Assembly (NCBI GenBank): GCA_963747235.1
Contig: CAVVEU010000013.1
Location: 1-64,000 of the forward strand
Direction: 5' to 3'
DNA: 64,000 nucleotides
From: an uncultured Candidatus Rokubacteria bacterium
GTDB taxonomy: Bacteria > Methylomirabilota > Methylomirabilia > Rokubacteriales > CSP1-6
Positions 33,910 through 45,053 of this stretch are shown in pieces (position 1 is the stretch's first letter; each line of letters begins with the position of its first letter). The translations under genes were made by a program, and so were the position numbers. Under the pieces are notes generated by a model. It was not told the DNA's origin, made no database searches, and was given only the letters and a program-made list of their open reading frames with translations.

Positions 33910-34887
33910 CTACTCGATCACCTGATCCGCCCGCAGGAGGAGCGAGCGTGGGATCGTCAGGCCGAGGGCCTTCGCGGTCCGGAGGTTGATGACCAGCTCG
34001 AACTTCGTCGGCTCCTCGACGGGGAGGTCGGCCGGGTTTGCCCCCTTGAGGATCTTGTGGGCGAAGCTGGCGGCGTGGCGGTACATCTCAGGGTAGTTCA
34101 CTCCGTAGACGATCAAGCCCCCGGCAAATTCCGTGGAGGCGTAGATCGCCGGCAGCCGGCGCTTCGCCACAAGGTCAACGATGCTCCGCTGATTCGCCTG
34201 CGTGAGGGTATCAAGCCCAACGATGAGTGCGTCAACACGCTGCTTGGTCGCGGCATCGAGCGCCGGCTCGAGATCCTCAGGCGTTCGCACGTCGAGCAGG
34301 TGGGGCTCGATACTCAGAGATCGCGCCGCCGTCTCGATCTCTTTCCATTGAGGCGGGAGAGCAGGGTTACTCATGTTGAAGAGGGCCGCGATTCGTAACG
34401 CTCTCGGGACCAGCTCTCTGAGCAGCTGGACCCGTTTCGGATAGATCTCCGTTACGGCGGCGCTCAGCCCCGTGATGTTCCGGCCCGGCCGTGCGAGGCT
34501 GGCGACGAGGCTCTGTCCGACCGGATCGCCGACCCCGATGATCACCACCGGAATCGTTCCGGTGGCACTCTGGGCCGCCAGAGCCGCCGGCGTACCGCGT
34601 GTCAGGATCAGGTCCACCTTCTGCCGCACGAGCTCGGTCGCCAGGCCCGGGAACCGTTCGTCCCGGCCATCGGCCGATCGGTACTCGATGACGAAGCTTT
34701 CGCCCTCGACATACCCAAGGTCCCGGAGTCCCTGTCGGAAGCTATTGACGTTGGTGGCATTGATCGCCGTCGAGGTTCTCTCGATCATGCCGATGCGATA
34801 GAGTTTTCGTGGTTGCTGCGCCTCCGCGACGCGCGCCGCAGCGAGGACGGCGCCAGCCAGGCTACCGAGGAACGCACGTCGGTCCAC
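33910..34887 (-). CDS. ABC transporter substrate-binding protein (paralog of 11168-12157)
   Basis: RRAFLG, GLRDLGYVEG, LPVEEPTKFELVIN. Confidence 0.9.
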   Translation of the reverse strand: MDRRAFLGSLAGAVLAAARVAEAQQPRKLYRIGMIERTSTAINATNVNSFRQGLRDLGYVEGESFVIEYRSADGRDERFPGLATELVRQKVDLILTRGTPAALAAQSATGTIPVVIIGVGDPVGQSLVASLARPGRNITGLSAAVTEIYPKRVQLLRELVPRALRIAALFNMSNPALPPQWKEIETAARSLSIEPHLLDVRTPEDLEPALDAATKQRVDALIVGLDTLTQANQRSIVDLVAKRRLPAIYASTEFAGGLIVYGVNYPEMYRHAASFAHKILKGANPADLPVEEPTKFELVINLRTAKALGLTIPRSLLLRADQVIE

Positions 34888-35211
34888 AAGAGTCTCCTTA
34901 GGTTGCCGTCCTTGCCGAGTCCGACGCTAGGAACGCAAGCGCCATACCAAGGAGAGATCGATGAAAACAGGTGGAGTTAGGTGGCCTGTCCGGCAATTGG
35001 AGAGGGCGGAACGTCTCGTCCCCGGGAGTTATGCCCGAGTCACTGGCACTCGGCTGGCCTGTCGTGATAACGTAGAGGCCTCGCTGAGGAGATGCAGCGA
35101 CGCTCGCGAAGGAGCTCGCGCATGAAGCAGGCCCCGCTCGCCCTCGTCCTTCCTGTCCCACCATCCGGGGACCGCCCAGACCTCCAACTTCGGCCGGAGG
35201 ATTGATACGAA

Positions 35212-36066
35212 ATGCACACGGACATCCAGAGGGTGGACACCCTAACCCGCAACGTGTTCAAAGACCACCACGTTGCCAAGCGAGTGCCGGTCATCGTGAC
35301 GGGGCATTCGCCGATTCGAGAAGCGGCAAAGCGGTGGAGCCTGGACTACCTGGTCGCGCAGCATCCCGACCACAAGGTCAGCGTGGAGTTCTACCACGAT
35401 GGAAACAGAAATCGACACTGGGCCTACAAGAGCATGACCCTGGCGGAGTATGTATCTCTCATACGAGACCCCCGCGAGCGCGCCCGCTACTACCTGGCGC
35501 AGAAACCCGTACGAGACGTGGTGCCCAATCTCGCCCACGACGTGCCGCCTCCGGATTTTCTCGACGAAGCCCAGGACGAAACCGACCCCGTTGTGTTCAT
35601 GGGAATCGACACGTATTCTCCCGCTCACTATCACCTCGCTCCCAAGGAAGCCGTGCTGATGCAGATCGTCGGCAAGAAGAAGATCGTGATGTGCCCGGCC
35701 GAGCAGTATCAGAGCTTCTATCCCTGCGCGTGGTATTCGAAGCGTACGAACTGGTCCAGCATTCCGTTCAAGGCCGACGGCCCGCAGGACGGCGAGACGT
35801 CCTGGATACCGGAGGATGTCAAGAGCAAGTTCCCGCGATTGGGCAAGGCGACGCTCCTGGAGTGCGTCCTTGGTCCGGGAGAGCTGCTGGTCATTCCTCA
35901 GGGATGGTTTCACATCGTTTTCGGGCTCGGTGAGTCCCTGTCCGTGACGTACTTCTGGCACGGGCTGTGGCGCAACAGCTACTGGAAGGTCGGGCTTCGT
36001 GATGCGCTGTCGATCATCCAGAAGGAATACGTGCTCAAGACGATCGGAGCCTACCGCCCGAGCTGA
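35212..36066 (+). CDS. JmjC/cupin_8-like oxygenase
   Basis: PVIVTG, WSLDYL, YYLAQ, QIVGKK, LGPGELLVIPQGWFH. Confidence 0.82.
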   Translation: MHTDIQRVDTLTRNVFKDHHVAKRVPVIVTGHSPIREAAKRWSLDYLVAQHPDHKVSVEFYHDGNRNRHWAYKSMTLAEYVSLIRDPRERARYYLAQKPVRDVVPNLAHDVPPPDFLDEAQDETDPVVFMGIDTYSPAHYHLAPKEAVLMQIVGKKKIVMCPAEQYQSFYPCAWYSKRTNWSSIPFKADGPQDGETSWIPEDVKSKFPRLGKATLLECVLGPGELLVIPQGWFHIVFGLGESLSVTYFWHGLWRNSYWKVGLRDALSIIQKEYVLKTIGAYRPS

Positions 36067-36075
36067 GGAGCCCGG

Positions 36076-39000
36076 CTAGGCGCCCAGCGCGGCCTCGGCC
36101 CGTCCGAGCCAGAAGCGCATGTCCATCTCCCTGAAGAGCGCGGCCGCCTGCTCGAGGTGCCCGCGGCCCGCTTCGGGCTCACCCGCACGGTGAAGGGCCT
36201 GCGCCCAGGGCCAGGTGGCAGCGGCCGAGGAGCGGCCGAAGCCCGATGTCCCGCGCGATGCCGGCGGCCTCCTCGAGGGCCGCCCGCGCCGGGCCGGCCG
36301 CGCCCTCGGCGGAGCGGAGCTGGCCCAGGACGCGCAGCGCTTCGGCCACGAGCCAGCGTTGATGCTGGGCGCGGGCCATGCCGAGCCCGCGCTCGACGTG
36401 GGCGAGCGCCTCCGCCGGACGCCCGGCCAGCGCGCACGCCTCGGCGAGCATGGTCAGGTTCCAGGCATGGGTGGGCCGGAGATTCAACGCGGCCGACTGC
36501 GCGACCGCCTCCGCGAGGAGCGTCACGCCCTCCTCCGGCGCGTCCGGACAGCGCATAGGCCTGGCCGAGATCGCTGGCGACGAGCAGGAACAGGGGTCCG
36601 AAGCTGGCGCGGCGGCAGATCTCGACGCTCCGGCCGAGCCACGAGACCGCGAGCGGGAAATTGCCCTGGACCAGGTGCGGACGGCCCGCGCCGGCATAGG
36701 CCACGGCCAGGGAGAGCTCGTGCTGCGCCGCCTCGGCCAGCCGCTCGGCTTCCTCGGCGTGGGTGGACGCCTCCGCGAATTCCCCGAGGTACGCCAGGGA
36801 CCACGCCATGAAGGCGTGCGCGGTCGCCGAGCGGAGCGCGGCCCCGCCGGAGGGCTTGCTCTCGAAGCTCGGCGACATTGCGCGCGAACGCGGCGATGGC
36901 CTGGCGGTACTCGCCGAGGCTCAGATAGGCCTGGCCGAGGCGCAGGGTCGCGATGGCCGCGAGGGCGTGGTCGCCCAGTGTCCCCGCGATGGCCAGCGCC
37001 CGCTGGGCGGACTCGACGGCCCGGTCGGGCTGGCCGGACCACCAGTAGCCCTGGGTCATGTACGCCGCGATCCGGCCGAGCCGCCGCTGGTCGCCGAGCG
37101 CTCCGGCCACGCGCTCCGCCTCGTGGAGCGTCTCGAGCATGCGGACCACCTCGCCATGCGGCGTCAGCGCGTTGTGGAGGTCCAGGCGGAGGTCCACCTC
37201 CTGCTCGTCGCGCTCCTTGCCCGGCGGCAGGTGCGTGAGCGCGTCCAGCGCCTGCTCGGAGCACGTGACGGCTTCCCGGTAGGCGCTGTGCGCGGCGGCC
37301 TTGGCGCCGGCCTTGCGGAAGAGGAGCACCGCCTTGTCCCACAGGCCGCCCTGGAGCGCGTGGTGCGCCAGCCGGTCCACCTGCTCGGCCAGCCGGCCCG
37401 TCGCCAGCCGCTCGATGACCGAGACCAGGCGCGCGTGGAGCGCGCGGCGGTTGCCGTACAGCAGCGCGCCGTACGCGACCTCGTGCGTGAGCGCGTGCTT
37501 GAACGTGTACTCGAGGTCGGGGAAGAGGCTCGTCTCGTACAGGAACTCGGCGGCCTGCAGATGGCCCAGCGCCCGCCGCAGCTCCTCCTCGGGGGCGTCC
37601 TCGAGCGCCTGCAGGAGGGCAAAGGGCACGTCCTTGCCGATGACCGAGGCCGACTGGAGCAGGCGCTTCTCCCGATCGGGCAGGCGGTCGATGCGCGCGG
37701 CCAGGATGGACTGCACCGTCGCGGGGATCTGGATGCCCGCCAGCGGCCGCGCCGCGCGGTACTGTCCCCGCTCGCCGTCGAGCGCGCCCGTCTCCACCAG
37801 CGTCCGCACGCTCTCCTCGAGGAAGAAGGGGTTGCCGTCGGTGCGCTCGATCAGGAGCCGCTTGAGGGAGGCGAGGCCGGGCTCGACCCCGAGCAGCGCC
37901 TGCAGCAGCTCGTCCGCGCTCTCGTGCGCGAGCGTGTTCAGACGCAGGCGCGTGTAGTACGTCTTGCCGCCCCAGCCGTCCTGGTACTCCGGCCGGAAGT
38001 TGGCCAGCAGGACGATCCGCGCGCGCGGCACGCGCTCGACGAGGCCGTCGAGCAGCGCCTGCGTCTCGCTGTCCACCCACTGGAGGTCCTCGAGAACCAG
38101 GAGCAGGGGCTGGCTCTGACTCTCGCGCAGCAGGAGCGCCATGATGGCGTCGAGGGTGCGCTGGCGGCGCAGCGCGGGATCGAGCCCCTGCCACCGCGCG
38201 TCGTCGGCGGGCACGTCGAGCAGCGCCAGGAAGGCGGGGAGGGTCGGCTCGAGCGCCGGGTCGAGCGCGCGCAGCCGGGCGAGGACCTTGGTGTGGATCT
38301 CGCGCGCGCCGTCGCGGGCCTCGATCTGGAAGTAGCCCCGGAGCAGGTCCGTGATCGGCAGGTACGGCGTGGCCTTGCCGTAGGACAGCGACCGGCCTTC
38401 GAGGACGAGCCACTGGGGCCGGGACACGGCCTGCGTGATCTCGTGGACGAGGCGCGACTTGCCGACGCCGGGCTCGCCCACGACGGCCACGACCTGACCG
38501 CGGCCCGCCTCCGCCTGCTCGAGCGCTTCGTGGAGCTGGTCGAGCTCGGGCGCGCGCCCGACGAAGCGCGAGAGCCCGCGGCGCGCCGAGGCCTGCAGCC
38601 GCGAGCGCACCATGCCGGCGCCGGTGACCTCGAAGACCTCGAGCGGGACGTCCAGGCCCTTGACCGGCAGGACGCCCAGCGACCGCGTCTCGACATAGCC
38701 CTCGGCGAGGCGGAGGGTCTCGGCCGTGGTCAGCACGGCGCCGGGCGTGGCCATCTGCTCCATCCGCGCGGCCAGGTGCGTGGTCTGGCCGACCGCGGTG
38801 TAGCTCATGCGCAGGTCGTTGCCGATCGAGCGCACGACGACCTCGCCGGAGTTGAGGCCGACGCGGATCTGGATCGGGATGCCCTCGGTCCGGCGCACCT
38901 CCCTGGCGTGGCGCTTGACCGACTCCTGCATGCGGAGCGCCGCGTAGCAGGCCCGCACCGCGTGATCCTCGTGGGCGAGGGGCGCGCCGAAGAGCGCCAT

Positions 39001-39422
39001 GATGCCGTCGCCCATGACCTGGTTGACCGTCCCCTCGTACTGGTGCACGGCCTCCATCATGTGCTCGAGCACGGGGTCGAGGATCTTGCGCGCCTCCTCG
39101 GGATCGCGGTCCGCCAGGAGCTCGAGCGAGCCCTGGAGATCGGCGAAGAGCACGGTGACCTGCTTGCGCTCGCCCTCGAGCGCGCTCTTCGAGGTGAGGA
39201 TTCGCTCGGCGAGGTGCCGGGGCGTGTACGACTCGGGCGAGGCGAAGCGCGCCTGGCCGGTGGGCTTGCGCGTCCACCGGCCGCCCGCACTGGCCGCAGA
39301 AGCGGACGTCCTCGGCGAGCTCGGCCCCGCACGCGCCGCACGAGAGCGCGAGCCGCGCGCCGCACTCGGTGCAGAACCGCGACGACGCGGGCGTGTCGTG
39401 CCGGCAGCGCGGACAGATGCAT
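36076..39422 (-). CDS. Zinc ribbon-adenylate/guanylate cyclase-AAA ATPase-TPR protein (frameshifts)
   Basis: [63 protein letters not shown]. Confidence 0.9.
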
Positions 39423-39491
39423 GGGGCATCAGAGTAGCCCTCGCGTCCCGAGGGGTCAACACTCCCGGCGCTTCTGCTATACTTCGTCGCC

Positions 39492-40655
39492 GTGAACAGA
39501 CGCAAGCTCCTCTTCGATCTGCTTCCGAGGACACGGTACGGCGCATTGACCGTCGTGACGCCGGAGGGAACGACGCGTCGCTTCACCGGTGATCGTGAAG
39601 GCGAGGCCGCGACCTTCGTCCTGAAGGACTGGCGGGCCCTCGACGCGATCGCCCGGCGCGGGGACATCGGCCTCGGCGAGTCGTACATGGCGAATCTCTG
39701 GGAGACCCCGGATCTCAAGAGCTTCCTGACGTTCTGCCAGCGCAACCGCGACGAGTTCGCCCGGCTGACGCGATTCGACTTCGTGAACGCGCTGCTCTCG
39801 CGGGTCGCGCGGCTCACCAGCGCGAACTCCTTCACCGGGAGCCGGAAGAACATCGCGGCCAGCTACGACTACCCGGCGGGGCTCTACCAGTCGTACACCG
39901 ACCGCATGATGACGTACTCGAGCGGCTGGTGGGACGGCCAGGAGATGTCGTACGACGAGGCCCAGGTCAACAAGTACAACCGGATCCTGAGCCGGCTCGG
40001 GCCGCCGCCCCAGCACATCCTCGAGATGGGCTGCGGCTGGGGGTATTTCCTCAAGCTGGCCGCCGCGCGGGGCTACCGCGTCACCGGCTGCACGGTGTCC
40101 CAGCGCCAGTACGAGTACGCGCGAGACCTGAACGAGAAGGAGATCGCCGCGGGGCAGGTGACGGTGCTGCTGGAGGACTACCGGAACATGCGCGGCGAGT
40201 ACGACGCGGTCATGTCCACCGGCTTCTTCGAGCACGTGGGGTCGCGGTACTGGGTCGAGCACTTCCGCAAGGTGAAGCAGTACCTGAAGCCGGGCGGCGT
40301 GGCGATGATCCAGACGATGCTGTGCAACCGCTTCGACCCGAGGAACGGCAAGACCTTGAACTTCTTCTCCAAGTACATCTTCCCGGGCGGCGAGTTCCCC
40401 TCGGTGGGGACGTTCATCGTCGCCGCCGAGGAGGCCGGCCTGCGGTGCGAGGAGCAGCTCGCGTTCGGCCAGGACTATGCCCGGACCATGGAGGAGTGCT
40501 GGACGCGCTTCCACCGGAACCTCGACGACGTCCGGAGGCTCGGCTACGACGACGAGTTCATTCGCAAGTGGGAGTTCTTCCTCGCCGGCTGGTACGCGAT
40601 GTTCAAGTCGGGCCGCTACAACGTCATGCAGGCGAAGCTGGTCCACTACCCATGA
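39492..40655 (+). CDS. Cyclopropane-fatty-acyl-phospholipid synthase family SAM methyltransferase
   Basis: GDIGLGESYM, MTYSSG, LEMGCGWG, EDYR, KYIFPGG, DYARTM. Confidence 0.88.
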   Translation: MNRRKLLFDLLPRTRYGALTVVTPEGTTRRFTGDREGEAATFVLKDWRALDAIARRGDIGLGESYMANLWETPDLKSFLTFCQRNRDEFARLTRFDFVNALLSRVARLTSANSFTGSRKNIAASYDYPAGLYQSYTDRMMTYSSGWWDGQEMSYDEAQVNKYNRILSRLGPPPQHILEMGCGWGYFLKLAAARGYRVTGCTVSQRQYEYARDLNEKEIAAGQVTVLLEDYRNMRGEYDAVMSTGFFEHVGSRYWVEHFRKVKQYLKPGGVAMIQTMLCNRFDPRNGKTLNFFSKYIFPGGEFPSVGTFIVAAEEAGLRCEEQLAFGQDYARTMEECWTRFHRNLDDVRRLGYDDEFIRKWEFFLAGWYAMFKSGRYNVMQAKLVHYP

Positions 40656-40665
40656 GGAGGCCTGG

Positions 40666-42270
40666 ATGACCCGAGGGCGATCGATGGTGGCGGCGCTGCT
40701 CCTCGTGGCCGGCCTGGCCGGCGCGCCGGCTCCGCTGCCCGGCGCAGGCCCCCAAGCACGGCGGCGTGCTGACGATCATGCAGCGGGAGGAGCTGCCCCA
40801 GGGCCTGTCGATCCTCGAGACCTCCACGATCGCGACGGTGTGGCCGGCCTCGCCGTGCTTCAACAACCTCGTCTACTTCGATCCCGCCAAGCCCATGGAG
40901 ACGCCCGACACCATCGTGGGCGAGCTGGCCGAGAAGTGGTCCTGGCAGGACGGCTACCGGAACCTGGTCTTCTTCCTCAGGAAGGACGTGAAGTGGCACG
41001 ACGGCCAGCCCTTCACCTCTCGCGACGTGAAGTTCACCTTCGACGTGGTGCGCGAGGCGCCGGACGCCCCGGCGAAGCTGCGGCTCAATCCTCGGAAAGA
41101 CTGGTACGCCAACATCGAGGCGATCGAGGCGGCGGACCCCTACACGGTGGTCTTCCGGCTCAAGCGGCCCGCAGCCCTCCATCCTGATGATGCTGGCCTC
41201 GGGCCAGTCGCCGGTCTACCCGGCCCACGTGCCGATCGCCGAGCAGCGCAACCGCTGCGTGGGGACGGGGCCGTTCAAGTTCAAGGAGTGGCGGCGGGGC
41301 GAGTTCGTGGAGTACGTCCGGAACCCGGACTACTTCGTCAAGGGCCGGCCGTACCTGGACGGCCTCAAGTACGTGATCATCAGCGAGCGCGGCACCCGGA
41401 CCGCGGCGCTCCAGGCGGGCCGGCTCGACACCTCGGCGCCCGGTGAGATCACCAAGAACATCGCCGACCAGCTCAAGGCCGCGGTGCCCGGCATGGTGAT
41501 CACGCGGGTCGGCTCGCTCACGTCGCCCAACCTGCTCGTCAACCACGCGCGCCCGCCCTTCAACGACGCGCGGGTGCGGCGCGCGGTGGACCTCGCCATC
41601 GATCGCGACGGCTATATCAAAGGCGTGCTGCAGGGCGCGGCGGTGTCCGGCTCGCCGCTCGTGCCCCGGCCCTTCGGCTCGTGGGGCCTGACGGACGGCG
41701 AGATCGTGGGCATCCTGGGGCGCCCGGAGGGGCGCAAGGCGGCGGCGCGCAAGCTCCTCGCCGAGGCCGGCTACGGCCCCGCGACTCCGCTGCGCTTCGA
41801 GGCGCAGACGCGCGGCATCGCCACCTACGTGGACCTGGCCTCCTACGTGGTGAGCGAGCTGAAGCTGGTCGGGGTGGACATCACCGTCAAGCAGCTCGAC
41901 AGCGTGCAGTGGTACGGGGTCACCACCCGGAAGGAGTTCCAGCTCGGGATCAACATCTCGGGCTACGGGGTGGACGACCCCGACGCGATCCTGTTCGAGA
42001 ACTACACGTGCACCGCGCTGCGGAACTACACCAGCTACTGCGACGAGGGCGTGTCGCGCCTGATCGACCAGCAGTCGCAGGAGCTGGATCCCGAGGAAGC
42101 GCCTGGCTCTCGTCCACGAGATCCAGAAGAAGCTCACCGAGGCGGGCGCCCGCCCGACGGTGGCCTGGGGGATCGACCACTTCGCCCACTGGCCCTACGT
42201 GAAGGGCCTGGTGCCGCATCACTCGCTGTACAGCTTCGGCCGCATGCAGAACGTCTGGCTGGACCGCTAG
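40666..42270 (+). CDS. Family 5 ABC substrate-binding protein (frameshifts)
   Basis: ELAEKWSW, KWHDGQPFTSRDVKFTF, GTGPFKF, PPFNDARVRRA. Confidence 0.88.
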
Positions 42271-42412
42271 GTCATCAGACCCGGGGCATGGAGCGTCGGG
42301 CGTTCAGCCCCGGTCGTTGATCCAGGGGGACTTCGCGGCGCCGCTCGCCGCCCGGGCGAAGGCGCCGGGGAAGCTGGTACGGGCCCCAGGTCGCGCGACG
42401 CGTCGCAGGCCA

Positions 42413-43262
42413 TCACGGAATGACGGCCCCGGCGTTGGTGAACACGCGCCCCACCTCGGTCAACCCGTCGGCGATGGTCGGCCCGGCGGTGCAGGTCGCG
42501 GTGATTCCCATCTGGCGAACGTCGGCGAGCGGGACAATCGGTCGGGCGCGCATTGGCGGCGGCCGGGTAGGGAAGGGAATGCAGCGCTCCGTCGTCCACT
42601 CGGGCCAGGAACTGGTTGTGAGGCGCGTCCCAGATCAGCTGTAGCCGCACCTTCTGTCCAAGCGCAATGACGTCGGGGAAGTCGGTCGCGGCCACCGTGG
42701 TCACCGCGATGCAGCCGGCGTCGAGGCAGTGAAACAGGCGCCCCTCCACCCGGAGCACGCCGGCGATATCTCGCGAGTCGGACGCGCGAACGAGCTGGAT
42801 GCGGGCGAGGTAGTCGCCGATCAGGCTGCCCGGCGCCGGCGGGGTGGGGCCGTCGCTGAATCGGTTCAACGTGAGGGCGGCGGCCCGGATGACGGAGGGC
42901 GCCGGATTGGAGGCGCACCCGGTAACCTCGATGTGTTCGACTTTCACCTCCACCGCGATCTGGTCAACGGATGCCGGCCTGGTGAGCGAAGCGCGGCTGT
43001 GTCGAAGCTGAGTGCCCGCGTCCGTCTCCGTTGCACCCTCGGTACGCAGGCGCATCGACAGCTTGCGCCCCTGCACGGCGCGGCGAAACTCCTGCATCGA
43101 ATCGATGGAGCCGGTCCAGCGATCACCGCGCATGTGATCCGCGCCGCGCCAATCCTCGTACAAGGCAAACGGCTCGACGGCCTGGACTCGCGTCGGGCCG
43201 GAGAAGACAAGGCCACCGAGGGCCAAGGGGGCAAGGGCAGTCAATCGCATGATCCTCATCAT
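42413..43262 (-). CDS. Secreted protein of unknown function, paralog B (frameshift)
   Basis: Signal peptide; FALYEDW..GDRW, GCASN, FHCLDAGC, KVRLQLIWD, ends AVIP; GAGGAG RBS. Confidence 0.72.
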
Positions 43263-43292
43263 TGGTCGCTCCTCATCTCGCACGGCGAGCGG

Positions 43293-44156
43293 TCATGGAA
43301 TGACGGCCGAGGGGTCGCGTCAGGACCACCCCGATCTCGGTGGTGGTGTCGGCCACGCCGGCCTGGCCGAGGCAGTTTGCGCCCTGAGCTGAGCACGGAG
43401 ATTTTCGCGAAGGGAACGCGCGCCGGTCCCTGGTTCAGCCCGGCCGGGTACGGCAAGCGAGACGTCCGGGCTGTCATTGACTCGTGCCGACGAAGCGGTT
43501 GCTCGCGGCGTCCCAGATGAGGCGGAGCCGTACCTTATCCCCGACGCGGACGAGGGTTGGGCAGGGCGACGGATCCGTTCGGGATCGAACGGATCACGAA
43601 GCAGCGGGCGTTGTCGCACCGGAAGATCGCAAGGTGAACCTGGAGGGTGCCGGGCGGATCGGTCGAGGCTGACGAACGGAAGAGGCGGAGTCGACCGAAA
43701 TGGTCGCCCGTGAAGTCGCCGGCCGGTCCGGGGGTGCCGTCGCTGAACTTGCTCAGCGAGACCTGAAGCGGAAGGGCGGCCGACGCGGTGGTGGAGTTCG
43801 TGGGGCATCCGACGAGCTCGAGGTTCTTCACTCGAGCCTCAAGCACGAACCGGGTGACGCCCAGCGGATGGGTCGTGTTCAGCTCGAGCTCCGCCCCGAG
43901 CGGACCCGATGTTCAAGCTGTTGCTCCCTTCACGTCGCAATCGCAGGTGCGCGCGCCGGCCCTTCAGCTCCTTGAGCGTGTCCTGGGCGGAGGTCGCGCT
44001 GCCGCGCCAGCGGTCGCCGCGGATGTCATCGGCGGTACTCCAGTCTTCGTAGACGGCGAATCCGACCGAGTCCTGGCGCGCCTGGACCGCGGGCACGCCG
44101 AGAGCGAGGACCGCGAAGACACTAGCGAATCCGATCAGTCCCTTCGTGTGTTCCAT
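43293..44156 (-). CDS. Secreted protein of unknown function, paralog A (frameshifts)
   Basis: Signal peptide; FAVYEDW..GDRW, GCPTN, FRCDNARC, KVRLRLIWD, ends AVIP; GGAGG RBS. Confidence 0.72.
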
Positions 44157-44320
44157 GCGCAGAATCCTCCTGGATCCCCGGTGCCGAGAGCTCCGGGCGA
44201 TCACACTCGACGCCCGGACGCTCTCGCCGCCACGCATTCGACGTGGCAATGGATCGCTGCGGCTCCAGAAGGTATGTGCCGTCCCAGTGCCATCCGTTTG
44301 CATCGACGGTGACCTTCGGC

Positions 44321-44782
44321 TCATGTGTGAACCCGGTACGTCCCGGTACTCCCTTCCGCGAAGAAGGCGCACAGCCACGTTGTTCGCGACGACACGATGA
44401 TCACCGCCTTGACGGTCGAAGCTGCTCGTGGTGTAGCCGTCGCGTCGGTGAGCACTGGCGTCCGGCCGTTGAGGTAATTGAAGGCATCGGTCGAAAGTAC
44501 GAGTGCCGGGCATGCCGGGCGGAAGCTAGGTACGTTGGCGTACGAACGTTGCAGAATCTGCCGGCAACGTGCCGCGGCGTGACGTCGCAGCGACTCGGGC
44601 GCCATGTCCGGGAAGGCGGTGGATCCATATTGGTGAACGGTCCGCGGATTGCGATGATCCAGCTCGCACGGCGCGCGCAGGATGGTCTCGTGGCCACGAG
44701 GAGAGTCGGCATGCACAGTGGCTCCTCCGACAGCATCGGGGCAGCTGTAAGAGCGCAAGTGCGGATGCCGTTCGAGTCGCAT
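44321..44782 (-). CDS. Hypothetical protein, possibly secreted, probably with internal frameshifts
   Basis: AGGAGG RBS before ATG 44782, ~70 nt after the predicted sigma54 start site. Confidence 0.5.
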   Translation of the reverse strand: MRLERHPHLRSYSCPDAVGGATVHADSPRGHETILRAPCELDHRNPRTVHQYGSTAFPDMAPESLRRHAAARCRQILQRSYANVPSFRPACPALVLSTDAFNYLNGRTPVLTDATATPRAASTVKAVIIVSSRTTWLCAFFAEGSTGTYRVHT

Positions 44783-44862
44783 CGTGCCCCCTCCTATCGA
44801 GCACAGTATGAACTCAGGCTAGCTCTCGGACGAGTCCCGAGCGCATCGCTCGAGTCAGCAGT

Positions 44863-44878
44863 TGCGCAAGACGTGCCA
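44863..44878 (-). promoter_or_regulatory. Sigma54 -24/-12 promoter
   Basis: TGGCACGTCTTGCGCA: perfect TGGCACG and exact GG-N10-GC spacing. Confidence 0.65.
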
Positions 44879-44990
44879 CTTGGCAGGGGGCGATGTGAGC
44901 GGGGAATATCGGCAGATACGGCGCGAGCTTACGGCCGGCATGGAGGGGCGACGGTGCGTGACGCGCTGAGGCGGTGCTGGCGGGTCGTCG

Positions 44991-45030
44991 CTGCTCAAAC
45001 TGTTCGGAAATCTGAGCAGTGACCTGAGCA
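44991..45030. promoter_or_regulatory. Candidate upstream activator sequence
   Basis: CTGCTCA-N15-TGAGCAG inverted repeat with nested CTGTTCG and a further CTGAGCA, 113-152 bp upstream of the -24 box. Confidence 0.5.
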
Positions 45031-45053
45031 AGCGGGTACGCGTATCCGCGGCT

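Noticed and set aside
36179-39853. Very long alternative-frame and antisense ORFs (1224 aa, 910 aa, and similar elsewhere)
   Set aside because: These Arg/Ala/Pro-rich shadows of real genes are expected at this GC content.
44200-44320. GCAAAC...GGGACG on the minus strand resembling a c-di-GMP-I riboswitch
   Set aside because: No GAAA-capped P2 stem and no GCAAAG segment.
44332-44349. CCCGGTAC tandem repeat at 10-bp period
   Set aside because: It has only two copies and lies within the 3' end of a probable CDS.
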